From NCBI GenBank assembly GCA_027452215.1, contig DAIDGQ010000023.1, positions 780-64,779 of the forward strand: a DNA stretch of 64,000 bases. Reading direction: 5' to 3'. Shown one piece after another: positions 49,500 to 58,404 of the stretch (position 1 is its first letter; every line of letters begins with the position of its first letter). The notes under the pieces are model-generated. The model had not been told where the DNA came from, searched no databases, and saw only the letters and a list, made by a program, of their open reading frames with translations. The stretch is from Granulicella sp. (GTDB lineage: Bacteria; Acidobacteriota; Terriglobia; Terriglobales; Acidobacteriaceae). The position numbers and the translations under genes were made by a program.

Positions 49500-50757
49500 G
49501 TGACGTGGATGGCGGGAGGGCTGGACGGGAGACGCATGAGCGATGCGGGTGCTCCGATGTGCCACAGAGCGCTCTCCGATAGTCCATGCCGCACCTCCGG
49601 CTACGTTCGAAGGCAGCCACTGGAACAGATCCGTCTTGCTAACGCAATTGAGAATCGACCAGTTCTTTTGGAAGATATTGCTCCTTGCCCGCTAGCGATT
49701 GGAAGATTTAGAGTGCCGAGAAGTGCAGCGCGACCTCACGCTGCGTCGCCCATGCATGGCGGCGCAAGCCGGCCTTCATGCAGCCGTAGCTTGGGCGTTT
49801 GACGTGAAGGTAAAGATTCTTCGTGATCCTTTTGTGTCGAGGCTTATCGAAGCTGAAGCGACATTTCAGAATGAGACGTATGCTCAACCTTAGTTCGCAC
49901 GCTGGACTTGTTCCCGGACTTTGATGCTTAATCTCCGCCGAGATAGCCGTTCAGTAGGTTGTGTTTGCAGGTCATGTACGGCATATTCAGTTCGGCTCAC
50001 TGGATCAACTTAGGGGGCATTGGCACCCTGCATCAACCCGTAATGGCCTCCACGGGCGATTATTCGACCCTGAGGATGCATCTCTCGCGGTCCTCATTCT
50101 GCGGTATTCAGGCAATGTGTAACAGTCGGCCGCGGTCGTAGATGTCGAGTGAATATGACCCTCCTTGTGGTGCACGATAAGGTGCCCCCAAAGGCTGAAG
50201 GAGCACCGTCTTATTTCGGAGTCTGATAGATGTTTGATTCGCGGGATGCAGATATTTTTCTGAGCCTTTTCCTGATCCGAGTCCGACGGCTCGAACTGTT
50301 GCGGCAAGAAACGAATCCGTAAGATGATAGACATTCCACCGGTCGGGTAGCTTGACTGCCGTTAATTGGCCATCGCTCTGTTGTATGCAGCTGCTTCTCG
50401 ATGAGAGTTTGAGCCGCCAGTGTTTGTTGCTGCGCCGCTCCCGCCCCAGAACTAGCTGAATAGTTTGATCACGGAGAGTTGGGACACAGCGAAGGAGCGC
50501 TGCGGGGCGCTTCTAGTAGTTGGAGGAAAGCGTCGGCTCTGGGAGCGGCTTCGAGCTGCTCTGTGAATTGATTGCTCCGAGCCAATGTAATTTGTGAGCC
50601 TTTGAACGTGTTATTTGCGCCATGTTGCTAGTGAGCTATTATGAACATACTTTTGTCTCGTAAATTGTTTCAATATATGTGAATCGTCTGAATCTGAGTT
50701 CAGCATCTTCGCGTAAGATCGCGCAAGTCTCCCTAGTCCGAAATGTAAGGATGAGCA

Positions 50758-52077
50758 ATGAACAAGATCTCTAAAACTGTAGTAATTCTCTCTGTCTTGA
50801 TTGGTTATCAGCAGGCACATGCAGTACCAAGCTTTGCTCGGCAGACAGGTCTTTCCTGTAATGTCTGCCATAGTAACCCTCCCGAGCTAACGGCATTTGG
50901 CAGAGAGTTCAAATTGCGGGGATATGTTCTGAGCGATGTAACGCCTGCAGAAAAAGTAGGGAATGCGAAAGATTTAATCCTGTCGAAATATATTCCGTTG
51001 TCGTTCATGATTCTTGCTTCCGACACTGCATTTCAGGATGTCGTGCCGGGTACTCAAAATAGTGCTGCGGGATTTCCTCAGCAACTAAGTCTGTTTTTAG
51101 GCGGAGGACTGGCATCCCACTTCGGTGCACTAGCACAGGTCACCTATAGTCATTCGAGCGACATATTTGCGATGGATAACACGGATCTGCGCTACGCAAA
51201 TCAGACCACGCTGGGGGGGAAGGAACTGGATTACGGAATAACGCTGAACAATAATCCTGGTGTTGAGGATCTTTGGAATAGCACCCCTGTCTGGGGGTTT
51301 CCATGGATATCGTCCGAGTCTAGTGTTGGATCGATTGCATCGACCCTAATTGATGGAACGCTTGGGGCGGATGTCGTCGGGGCTGGTGGATACAGTATGT
51401 GGAATAACCATCTCTATACAGCGCTTACTGCGTATAGAAGTGAGCACGAGGGTGGGCCCGCTCCGATCGATGGACTCAATTACCAGTACAACATCAGTGG
51501 CGCTGCGCCTTACTGGCGTGCGGCGTGGCAGCAGTCCTGGGGAGCAAACTATTTAATGGTCGGGACTTATGGGTTGGCGGTCAATTCCCATCCTTTCTCG
51601 ATTACGGGACCGGTGGACCGCTATATTGACCCGTCCTTTGATTTTCAGTATGAGCGACCGTTTGGAGCGAACCTTCTTGATGCTCACGGAACCTGGATAC
51701 ACGAGAGCTCAAATCTGGGGGCTACGCTCGCCACGGGTGGAGCAAGCGTGGCACACCATAATCTGAATACATTCAAGCTCGATACCACCTACCACTGGTC
51801 GAGTAAGTACAGTGCCACAGGGGCTCTTTTCGCGACGACGGGAAGTGCAGATCCGTTACTCTATGCTTCAGCTCCCGTGACCGGGAGTGCGAACGGTAGC
51901 CCGAATACGGGCGGATATATTGCGCAGCTAGCTTATTGGCCAGTGCAGAATATCGACATCAGTGTCAATTACACGGGATACACGAAGTTCAATGGTGCGA
52001 CCACCAACTATGATGGCGCTAATCGAAATGCATCGGACAATAACACGGTGTACATGGCACTGTGGCTGATTTTCTAG
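50758..52077 (+). CDS. Cyc2-like fused monoheme cytochrome c / outer-membrane porin
   Basis: Signal peptide ending AHA, then VPSFARQTGLSCNVCH...PELTAFGREFKLRGY; the rest is aromatic-rich beta-strands ending in F. Confidence 0.85.
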   Translation: MNKISKTVVILSVLIGYQQAHAVPSFARQTGLSCNVCHSNPPELTAFGREFKLRGYVLSDVTPAEKVGNAKDLILSKYIPLSFMILASDTAFQDVVPGTQNSAAGFPQQLSLFLGGGLASHFGALAQVTYSHSSDIFAMDNTDLRYANQTTLGGKELDYGITLNNNPGVEDLWNSTPVWGFPWISSESSVGSIASTLIDGTLGADVVGAGGYSMWNNHLYTALTAYRSEHEGGPAPIDGLNYQYNISGAAPYWRAAWQQSWGANYLMVGTYGLAVNSHPFSITGPVDRYIDPSFDFQYERPFGANLLDAHGTWIHESSNLGATLATGGASVAHHNLNTFKLDTTYHWSSKYSATGALFATTGSADPLLYASAPVTGSANGSPNTGGYIAQLAYWPVQNIDISVNYTGYTKFNGATTNYDGANRNASDNNTVYMALWLIF

Positions 52078-52085
52078 GAGAACGT

Positions 52086-52640
52086 ATGGAGCAAGAACCC
52101 GCAGTACTGGAAGTCAATCCGAAGGAGACGATTGTCATCAACCGGCGATCGTTTTTTGGAGCTCTGCTAAGTATTGGAGCGGCTGGAATGGGAGCCATTC
52201 TTGCGGTGCCGGTGCTCCGCTATGTTCTTTATCCGCTCTATGCGAAATCGAGTAAGAATGCGTGGTCTCCGCTTGGAGATATTAGCGTCTTTTCGAACTT
52301 GTCTAAGCCTGTGATGAAGCCCCTTGACCTAAAGCAGGTCGATGGATGGCGCGAAGTAGACACGTCGCAAACGGTCTATGTGACCAAGACCGCGCAGGGT
52401 GATATGGGGGTGCTCTCAGCGATCTGCCCTCATATGGGTTGCACAATTGCATGGCATGAGGGGCAGGATGAGTTTTACTGCCCATGCCACGGGAGCGTAT
52501 TCAGTCCGGATGGGACGCATGTTTCTGGGCCATCACCGCGCGACATGGATCAACTTCCGCACAAAGTTGTTGACGGCAAACTGCTTGTCAATTTTGAGTA
52601 TTTTCGGGAGAACGTTCCCAACCAGGAAGTTTTGAGTTAG
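52086..52640 (+). CDS. Rieske 2Fe-2S subunit of a quinol:cytochrome c oxidoreductase
   Basis: RBS AGGAG; Tat motif RRSFF plus TM helix; CPHMGC and CPCHGS boxes; GPSPR. Confidence 0.95.
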   Translation: MEQEPAVLEVNPKETIVINRRSFFGALLSIGAAGMGAILAVPVLRYVLYPLYAKSSKNAWSPLGDISVFSNLSKPVMKPLDLKQVDGWREVDTSQTVYVTKTAQGDMGVLSAICPHMGCTIAWHEGQDEFYCPCHGSVFSPDGTHVSGPSPRDMDQLPHKVVDGKLLVNFEYFRENVPNQEVLS

Positions 52641-52648
52641 GTGGCGAT

Positions 52649-55324
52649 GTGGACGATCCAATGAAAAGTACACCTGACAAGAAGGCACCATCGGGCCTTT
52701 ATGGATGGTTCAATGAACGCACTGGCGTTCGGAGCCTGATGCATGCGTCGTTAGATGAGCCGATTCCGGGCGGTGCACGCCTGGCCTATATTTTCGGGTC
52801 GGGACTTATCTTTATTTTTATCTCGCAGGTAATTACGGGGCTGTGTCTTGCTCTGTATTATGTCCCGTCGGTAGAGTCGGCACATACCAGTGTGGCCTAT
52901 ATCACGAAGCAGGTTGCGGCCGGACAGTTTCTACGGAGTCTGCACTACTATGGCTCCAGCGCGATGATTATCGTGCTGTTTCTGCACTTTTTGCAGACGT
53001 TTATTTATGGATCGTTCAAAGGGCGGCGGGAATTGCTCTGGATTTCGGGTGCGTTTCTTTCCTTGCTGGTGCTGGGGATGGGGTTCACGGGATATCTGCT
53101 TCCGTGGGACCAGACCGCGTACTTTGCTACGGCCGTCGGAACGAACATTGTGGGGGAAGTTCCGTTCATCGGGCAATGGCTTACAGATATGCTACGCGGT
53201 GGGGATACGCTGGGGACGCTTACGCTGTCGCGTTTTTATGTAGCGCATGTTTTTCTGATTCCGGGGCTAATCTTTCTCTTTATAGGGACGCATATCGCAC
53301 TGTTCAGGAAGGCTGGACCGGCGGGGCCTATCAGCGAAGACCCAGTTCATCCGAAGCTACCACCAGAGAGTTTCTATCCTCGCCAGGTCATTATGGACAT
53401 GGCGTTTGCGCTACTGCTGATGGTGGGATTAGGGATTCTGGCTTACTTTCATCCGGTACAGTTGGGCCCAATCGCTGATCCGAGTGATCCCAAGTTTGTG
53501 CCGAGGCCTGAGTGGTACTACCTTCCAATGTTCGAGTGGCTGAAGTTCTGGTCAAGCCGGATGGAGGTCTTCGCTGTTGTTGTCATTCCTGCGATTCTGG
53601 CGCTGCTGTTTTTCCTGATACCCTTCTTGGATCGCAAGCTGGAACGGCGACCGTGGCGCAGGCCGATTCCTCTTCTGGCCGTCTCTATTGTTTTGGTTGG
53701 AATGATCTTCCTCGGGTTCAAGAGCCACCTGGATGATTTGCGCGATCATAGCGTTGCTGAGCAGTTGGCATTTCAGGAAAAGCAAGCGGAGGATTACACT
53801 AAGGCACCGTTCATTCCGAGTATGGAATCAGCGAGCGGGCAACCGCTTGCTTCGGGGCCGGTAGATCCGTTGGTGGCTCGGGGACGCGGGGTCTTCAATG
53901 CCAAGGGATGCTCCGGTTGCCATGGGCAGAATGGTACGGGCACTGCATTGGCTCCGAGTCTTGTTGGAGTCACTGCCAAGTATCCTTTGCCTCAGATTAC
54001 GGAACTGCTACATCATCCAAATCCGCGGATGCTGGCAGGCCATATGCCGTCGTTCGATATGCCTGCACCAGAGATGGCAGCACTGTTTAGCTATCTGAGC
54101 AGCCTTGGGACGAGCGCGGCGAATGTGCCCGCAGTTGCCTCGGTTCCAGAGAGTGCTCCGCAGGCGGAGGCTGGAGTTGGAGCGGGCCAGGATGGCGCGA
54201 CTCCGGCGATGGTACCTGCTGTGAAGATGTCGGCTCAAGCAACAGCGGGGGCAGAGATTTTTCAGAGTCACAGTTGTGTGGCGTGCCATGGAGCTGCAGG
54301 AGCCGGAACGGCTCGTGTGCCAGCGATGGCCGGGCTGATAGCGAAGAACTCGGATGCGCAGTTGATGCAGTTGGTGCAGTCTCCTAACGCGCGGATGAAA
54401 GCTGGGGGTATGCCACCGCTGGTGGCGACGCCGGCGGAAGTGCGCTCCGTGATTGCGTATCTTCGAACGCTGTCGCAGGGGAGCAACGCGAAACAACAGC
54501 CGATGTCACAAGGAGTGGGCGGGACAGATGCGTCTGCACAGAGCGACCTCTCGACTCCTTATGTTTCGCCGTCACAGCCAGCTTCTGCAGCGCCGTCGGC
54601 GAGCGCTGCCGCGCCGACTTCTGCACCGACTTCTGCGCCGACGGCACAGACGACCACGCAATCGGCGGCTACGAGTGCGTCGACGTTACCGGGACGTCAA
54701 TTGTTTTTGGAGAATGGCTGCCTTGCTTGTCATGGACGAGATGCTCGTGGGACACACTTTGCTCCTTCTTTGATAGGGATTACGAAGAGGTATCCTCCGA
54801 CGCAGCTGACGTACCTATTGCATCATCCGAGGAAGGAGATGACTGCGGGAGGTATGCCTGCGGTGACTCTGGATGACGCAAAGATGAAGCAATTGGTGGA
54901 CTATCTATCGAGCCTCGGAGTTGCGCCGCCGCCGGAAGTAACGGCCGCCGGGCATGCCGCGCAGCCCTCCGGCGGGCATTCTGCGAATACTGCAGGAGGA
55001 GGTGGTGCAACGACTGTGGCTGCGGCTCCTAAGCCTGCGCCTGTGGTTCCGCTTAGCGCTGATGCGATTCGAGGCAGGGTGATCTTCCAGCAAAACCGTT
55101 GCGAGACCTGCCATGGAATCGATGGTTTGCATGGAACGGTTGCGGCTCCAGGACTGGCTGGTATGGCGTCGGTGCTGCCTGCGGCGGTGCTGGATAATCT
55201 GCTGCAACACCACAGCACGCAGATGAAGAATGGCAACATGCCGCCGACGAATATGAGCGCTGCAAACAGGAAGGCGGTTGTTGCTTATATTCGCTCGATG
55301 CCTTCGCCGCCGGATACGCAGTAG
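52649..55324 (+). CDS. Cytochrome b (b6 + subunit IV-type) fused to four cytochrome c domains
   Basis: Four heme-b His residues, GFTGYLLPWDQ, PEWY; then CSGCH, CVACH, CLACH, CETCH, each with a downstream MP ligand. Start GTG 52649 or ATG 52661. Confidence 0.93.
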   Translation: MDDPMKSTPDKKAPSGLYGWFNERTGVRSLMHASLDEPIPGGARLAYIFGSGLIFIFISQVITGLCLALYYVPSVESAHTSVAYITKQVAAGQFLRSLHYYGSSAMIIVLFLHFLQTFIYGSFKGRRELLWISGAFLSLLVLGMGFTGYLLPWDQTAYFATAVGTNIVGEVPFIGQWLTDMLRGGDTLGTLTLSRFYVAHVFLIPGLIFLFIGTHIALFRKAGPAGPISEDPVHPKLPPESFYPRQVIMDMAFALLLMVGLGILAYFHPVQLGPIADPSDPKFVPRPEWYYLPMFEWLKFWSSRMEVFAVVVIPAILALLFFLIPFLDRKLERRPWRRPIPLLAVSIVLVGMIFLGFKSHLDDLRDHSVAEQLAFQEKQAEDYTKAPFIPSMESASGQPLASGPVDPLVARGRGVFNAKGCSGCHGQNGTGTALAPSLVGVTAKYPLPQITELLHHPNPRMLAGHMPSFDMPAPEMAALFSYLSSLGTSAANVPAVASVPESAPQAEAGVGAGQDGATPAMVPAVKMSAQATAGAEIFQSHSCVACHGAAGAGTARVPAMAGLIAKNSDAQLMQLVQSPNARMKAGGMPPLVATPAEVRSVIAYLRTLSQGSNAKQQPMSQGVGGTDASAQSDLSTPYVSPSQPASAAPSASAAAPTSAPTSAPTAQTTTQSAATSASTLPGRQLFLENGCLACHGRDARGTHFAPSLIGITKRYPPTQLTYLLHHPRKEMTAGGMPAVTLDDAKMKQLVDYLSSLGVAPPPEVTAAGHAAQPSGGHSANTAGGGGATTVAAAPKPAPVVPLSADAIRGRVIFQQNRCETCHGIDGLHGTVAAPGLAGMASVLPAAVLDNLLQHHSTQMKNGNMPPTNMSAANRKAVVAYIRSMPSPPDTQ

Positions 55325-55453
55325 TTAATTTGATTGTGCGTGCAGTGCAGGTTGTCGGAGGGAGAGGGGTGGGGCCTCTGGATTAGGTTTTATCCAGAGG
55401 CTGAATCTCCCGATGACGTCGGTGTTGTGGGGTGCAAGAGTGGATATCCCACG

Positions 55454-56755
55454 CTATATTGCCAAGTTTGCGGCTACGGACGCGCTAAGGGCGATCAAGG
55501 TTGCGTCGCTGCCAGGTGGGCCAACGAGTTGCAGACCTCCTGTCGGATTTTTTGGATCGGCGGATGGAAGCGTGACGACGGGGAGGCCTGCGAGGCTGAT
55601 GGGTGAAGTGTAGCGGAGGATCCGCGCTCGGGTCTGAGTGTGGTCGGCGCCAGCGATGAGGGCGGACATTGGAGCGCAGGGCAAGAGTAGGTAATCGAAG
55701 GACTGGAAGAGGGCCTGGGTCGTTGAGCGGAAGGCGTCGAGTTGGTGGTGGAGGCTTGTGAGCTCAGATGTGGCGATGGTGGAGCCCCAGGAGAGACGCT
55801 CGGCAATCATGGGTTCGAAATGATGGAAGTGCCCTTGGTGGAGGGCGGCTGCTTCGCTGGCCTGGATCGGCGCAAAGATCGACATCGCGTCGGCCCAGTA
55901 GGTGGCGTCGAAAGTGAATAGAGTTGCGTTGTGGGCTTGGAAGCGGGACTGCCAAAGCTGGAGAGTTACGCGGACGTCGGGGTCGCAGTCGTGTAGGAAG
56001 GACTGGTCGGGAGTGGCGATGCGGAGTCGATCTATGGCGGGAGCGGTTGCGATAGGGAGATCGAAGAGAGCGTGGCCGAGGAGGGGGCCGTCGGCGAGGT
56101 CGCGATAGAGCCAGCCGATGGTATCGAATGAGGACGCAAGATGGTAACCTCCGCGCCATATGTCGGGGGTGTTGAAGATGAGGGAAGAGCGATAGCCGGC
56201 GAGGCCGCAGAGAGCGGCAGGGGCGCGGACGGAGCCACCGGTGTCGGTCCCAATCGCGGCGAGGGCCGAGCCTTCCTGGACGGTGGCAGCGGCGCCGCTG
56301 GAGGAGCCACCGGTGAGGTGAGTTGAGTTAAGGGGCTGGAGGCAGTCGCCGAAGTTGCTGTTCTCGCCGGTGATGCCGTAGGCGAGTTGATGGAGATTTG
56401 TTTTACCGGTGATGATGGCTCCGGCAGAGCGAAGGCGAGCGGCGAGTGCGCTATCGGTGGTGGCGATGCCGTGGTGGTCCCGGTAAAACGTGGAACCGCA
56501 GGACGTGGAGAACCCGACGAGGTCAAAGCAGTCTTTGAGGGAGACGGGAATACCCCAGAGAGGTTGGTGGGCAATGCTTTTGCGGCGAAGATCGCTGGCT
56601 TCTTTGCGGGACCAGTCTAGATTTTGGGCAACGTAGACGTTGTGATGGAGGTTGCTATTAGCATGCTCGAGTGCGGTGTCCAATTCCGCGAGCGGGGTGG
56701 ATTTGTCGCTTAAATATCGCTGGCGGAGCGCGGTGATGGAAGAGGCAACGTGCAT
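55454..56755 (-). CDS. Amidase signature family protein
   Basis: GIPVSLKD, GKTNL, GGSSSGAAA, IGTDTGGSVRAPAALCG. Confidence 0.95.
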   Translation of the reverse strand: MHVASSITALRQRYLSDKSTPLAELDTALEHANSNLHHNVYVAQNLDWSRKEASDLRRKSIAHQPLWGIPVSLKDCFDLVGFSTSCGSTFYRDHHGIATTDSALAARLRSAGAIITGKTNLHQLAYGITGENSNFGDCLQPLNSTHLTGGSSSGAAATVQEGSALAAIGTDTGGSVRAPAALCGLAGYRSSLIFNTPDIWRGGYHLASSFDTIGWLYRDLADGPLLGHALFDLPIATAPAIDRLRIATPDQSFLHDCDPDVRVTLQLWQSRFQAHNATLFTFDATYWADAMSIFAPIQASEAAALHQGHFHHFEPMIAERLSWGSTIATSELTSLHHQLDAFRSTTQALFQSFDYLLLPCAPMSALIAGADHTQTRARILRYTSPISLAGLPVVTLPSADPKNPTGGLQLVGPPGSDATLIALSASVAANLAI

Positions 56756-56984
56756 AGCGGAATTTTACCGGGCCCGATCCTTTTCGCGGAACGGTGGAGA
56801 GGATTGCTTTGTGGGAGGAGCGTCGGCAATCGTTGCGGATAAACCGTTGCATTCGGAAGTTGACGTAGCCGCAGCCTCTTGCCGGGAGGTATAGAACCTA
56901 TATGCTTCGAAAGTGGATGAAGTTTCGCGTGGTAATTTGCGACGGCGCAGATGAAATGCGGGAGATTTCAGCTAGTATGGGCGG

Positions 56985-57863
56985 ATGAGACGTCCTCGTA
57001 CTCCTCTGGTGGCGCTTTTACTGCTGTGCGGGTCTGTGTGTTGCGCGGCAACTGGGGGTGAGTCGCGGCTTGTGCTGCATCGGTTGAGGCATGCGGCGAG
57101 CGATCTCGAGATTGGTGGCTCGCTGGAGGGGGTGCCGTATGGCGAGACGCGCTTTGTGTCCTATGAGGAACTGATGCGACTGCCGCAGGTGAGCGTCACA
57201 GTTTCTGACGACACGAACTTTGGTAAGACGGTGGAGATTAGCGGGGTCGAGTTAGAGAAGCTCCCGGGCGTGCTTGGTGCAAAGCGGGGTGCATCGATGG
57301 TGATTGCGCTCAGCGACGATAAGTATGCGGCGCATTATCCTGCGGCTTACTTGCACGCACATCATCCATTGCTTGTTCTCCGGGTGAACGGCAAGCAGCC
57401 AGCCAATTGGCCGCTCGGAGTGGATGGCGTGCCGATGGGGCCGTACATGGTTTCGCATGCGAGCTACACTCCTTCGTTCCGGGTGCTTTCGCATGAGGAT
57501 GAGGCGCAGGTGCCGTGGAGCGTGGTGCGGATGGATGTGCGTCGAGAGAGTGAGGTGTATGCGCCGATTGAGCCGCAGGGAGAGGCTGCTAGTGATCCTG
57601 TAGTGCAGCAGGGATATGTGATTGCGAAGCAGAGCTGCTTTCGATGCCACAGCCGGCTAGGGGAGGGAGGTTTAAAGTCGAATCGGCATTGGGGGGATTT
57701 GGCAGAGAAGGCGAAGAATGACCCGAAGTATTTCGACGCGTACGTAGTTGATCCGAAGAAGATAAATCCGAAGTCGGAGATGGCGGCGAGCCCTGAATAT
57801 GACGCGGCAACTTTGGGTGCGTTGCGGAGATATTTTGCAAGCTTTAGCGGGAGCACGCCATGA
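56985..57863 (+). CDS. Secreted protein with C-terminal monoheme cytochrome c
   Basis: Signal peptide; CFRCH with a distal Met (NPKSEM); N-domain unassigned. Confidence 0.8.
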   Translation: MRRPRTPLVALLLLCGSVCCAATGGESRLVLHRLRHAASDLEIGGSLEGVPYGETRFVSYEELMRLPQVSVTVSDDTNFGKTVEISGVELEKLPGVLGAKRGASMVIALSDDKYAAHYPAAYLHAHHPLLVLRVNGKQPANWPLGVDGVPMGPYMVSHASYTPSFRVLSHEDEAQVPWSVVRMDVRRESEVYAPIEPQGEAASDPVVQQGYVIAKQSCFRCHSRLGEGGLKSNRHWGDLAEKAKNDPKYFDAYVVDPKKINPKSEMAASPEYDAATLGALRRYFASFSGSTP

Positions 57864-58345
57864 TTGCGATACGGGTTTGCAAGATGCTGTTAGTAGCGTC
57901 GATCGCCTTCTTTTTCACGCTGGTGGTGTTGAACAATACTACGGACTTTGACTCGAACTACCAATTTGTGCGGCATGTGCTGATGATGGATTCGACGTTC
58001 CCAGGCAATCGGGGAATGTGGCGTGCGGTACGCGCTCCATGGATTCACTTGATGTTTTATGTGGGGATCATTGGCTGGGAGATATTGAATGTGGTCCTAG
58101 GCTGGTGGGGAGCGGCTGCACTGTTGCGTGGATTGGGCAAGTCTGAGGCTGAGTTCAGGAGAGCTAAACAGATCGGCGTGGTGGCGCTGACGTTGGGGAT
58201 GTTGCAGTGGTTCGTGGCTTTTTTGTGTATAGGTGCGGAGTGGTTTCTGATGTGGCAGTCGAAGCTTTGGAATGGGCAGGACGCCGCGTTCAGGATGTTC
58301 GCGGTTGAGGGCCTGGTATTGGTGGTCTTGCTGCTTCCGGAGTAG
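57860..58345 (+). CDS. DUF2165 family membrane protein
   Basis: NNTTDFDSNYQFVRHVLMMD, IG.EWFLMWQS..WNGQ..AFR; ATGA overlap with the upstream gene. Confidence 0.9.
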   Translation: MIAIRVCKMLLVASIAFFFTLVVLNNTTDFDSNYQFVRHVLMMDSTFPGNRGMWRAVRAPWIHLMFYVGIIGWEILNVVLGWWGAAALLRGLGKSEAEFRRAKQIGVVALTLGMLQWFVAFLCIGAEWFLMWQSKLWNGQDAAFRMFAVEGLVLVVLLLPE

Positions 58346-58404
58346 GCGTCAGTGACGTTCGTTCTGGTCGAGGTATTCAAGGAGCGTCCGGTCATATTAT
58401 CGAT

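Noticed and set aside
50005-50334. 109-aa minus-strand ORF with LIVHHKEGHIH, reminiscent of a relaxase HUH motif
   Set aside because: No other relaxase motifs, no RBS and no oriT or mob context. The 49.5-50.75 kb region may hold decayed genes but I cannot support a call.
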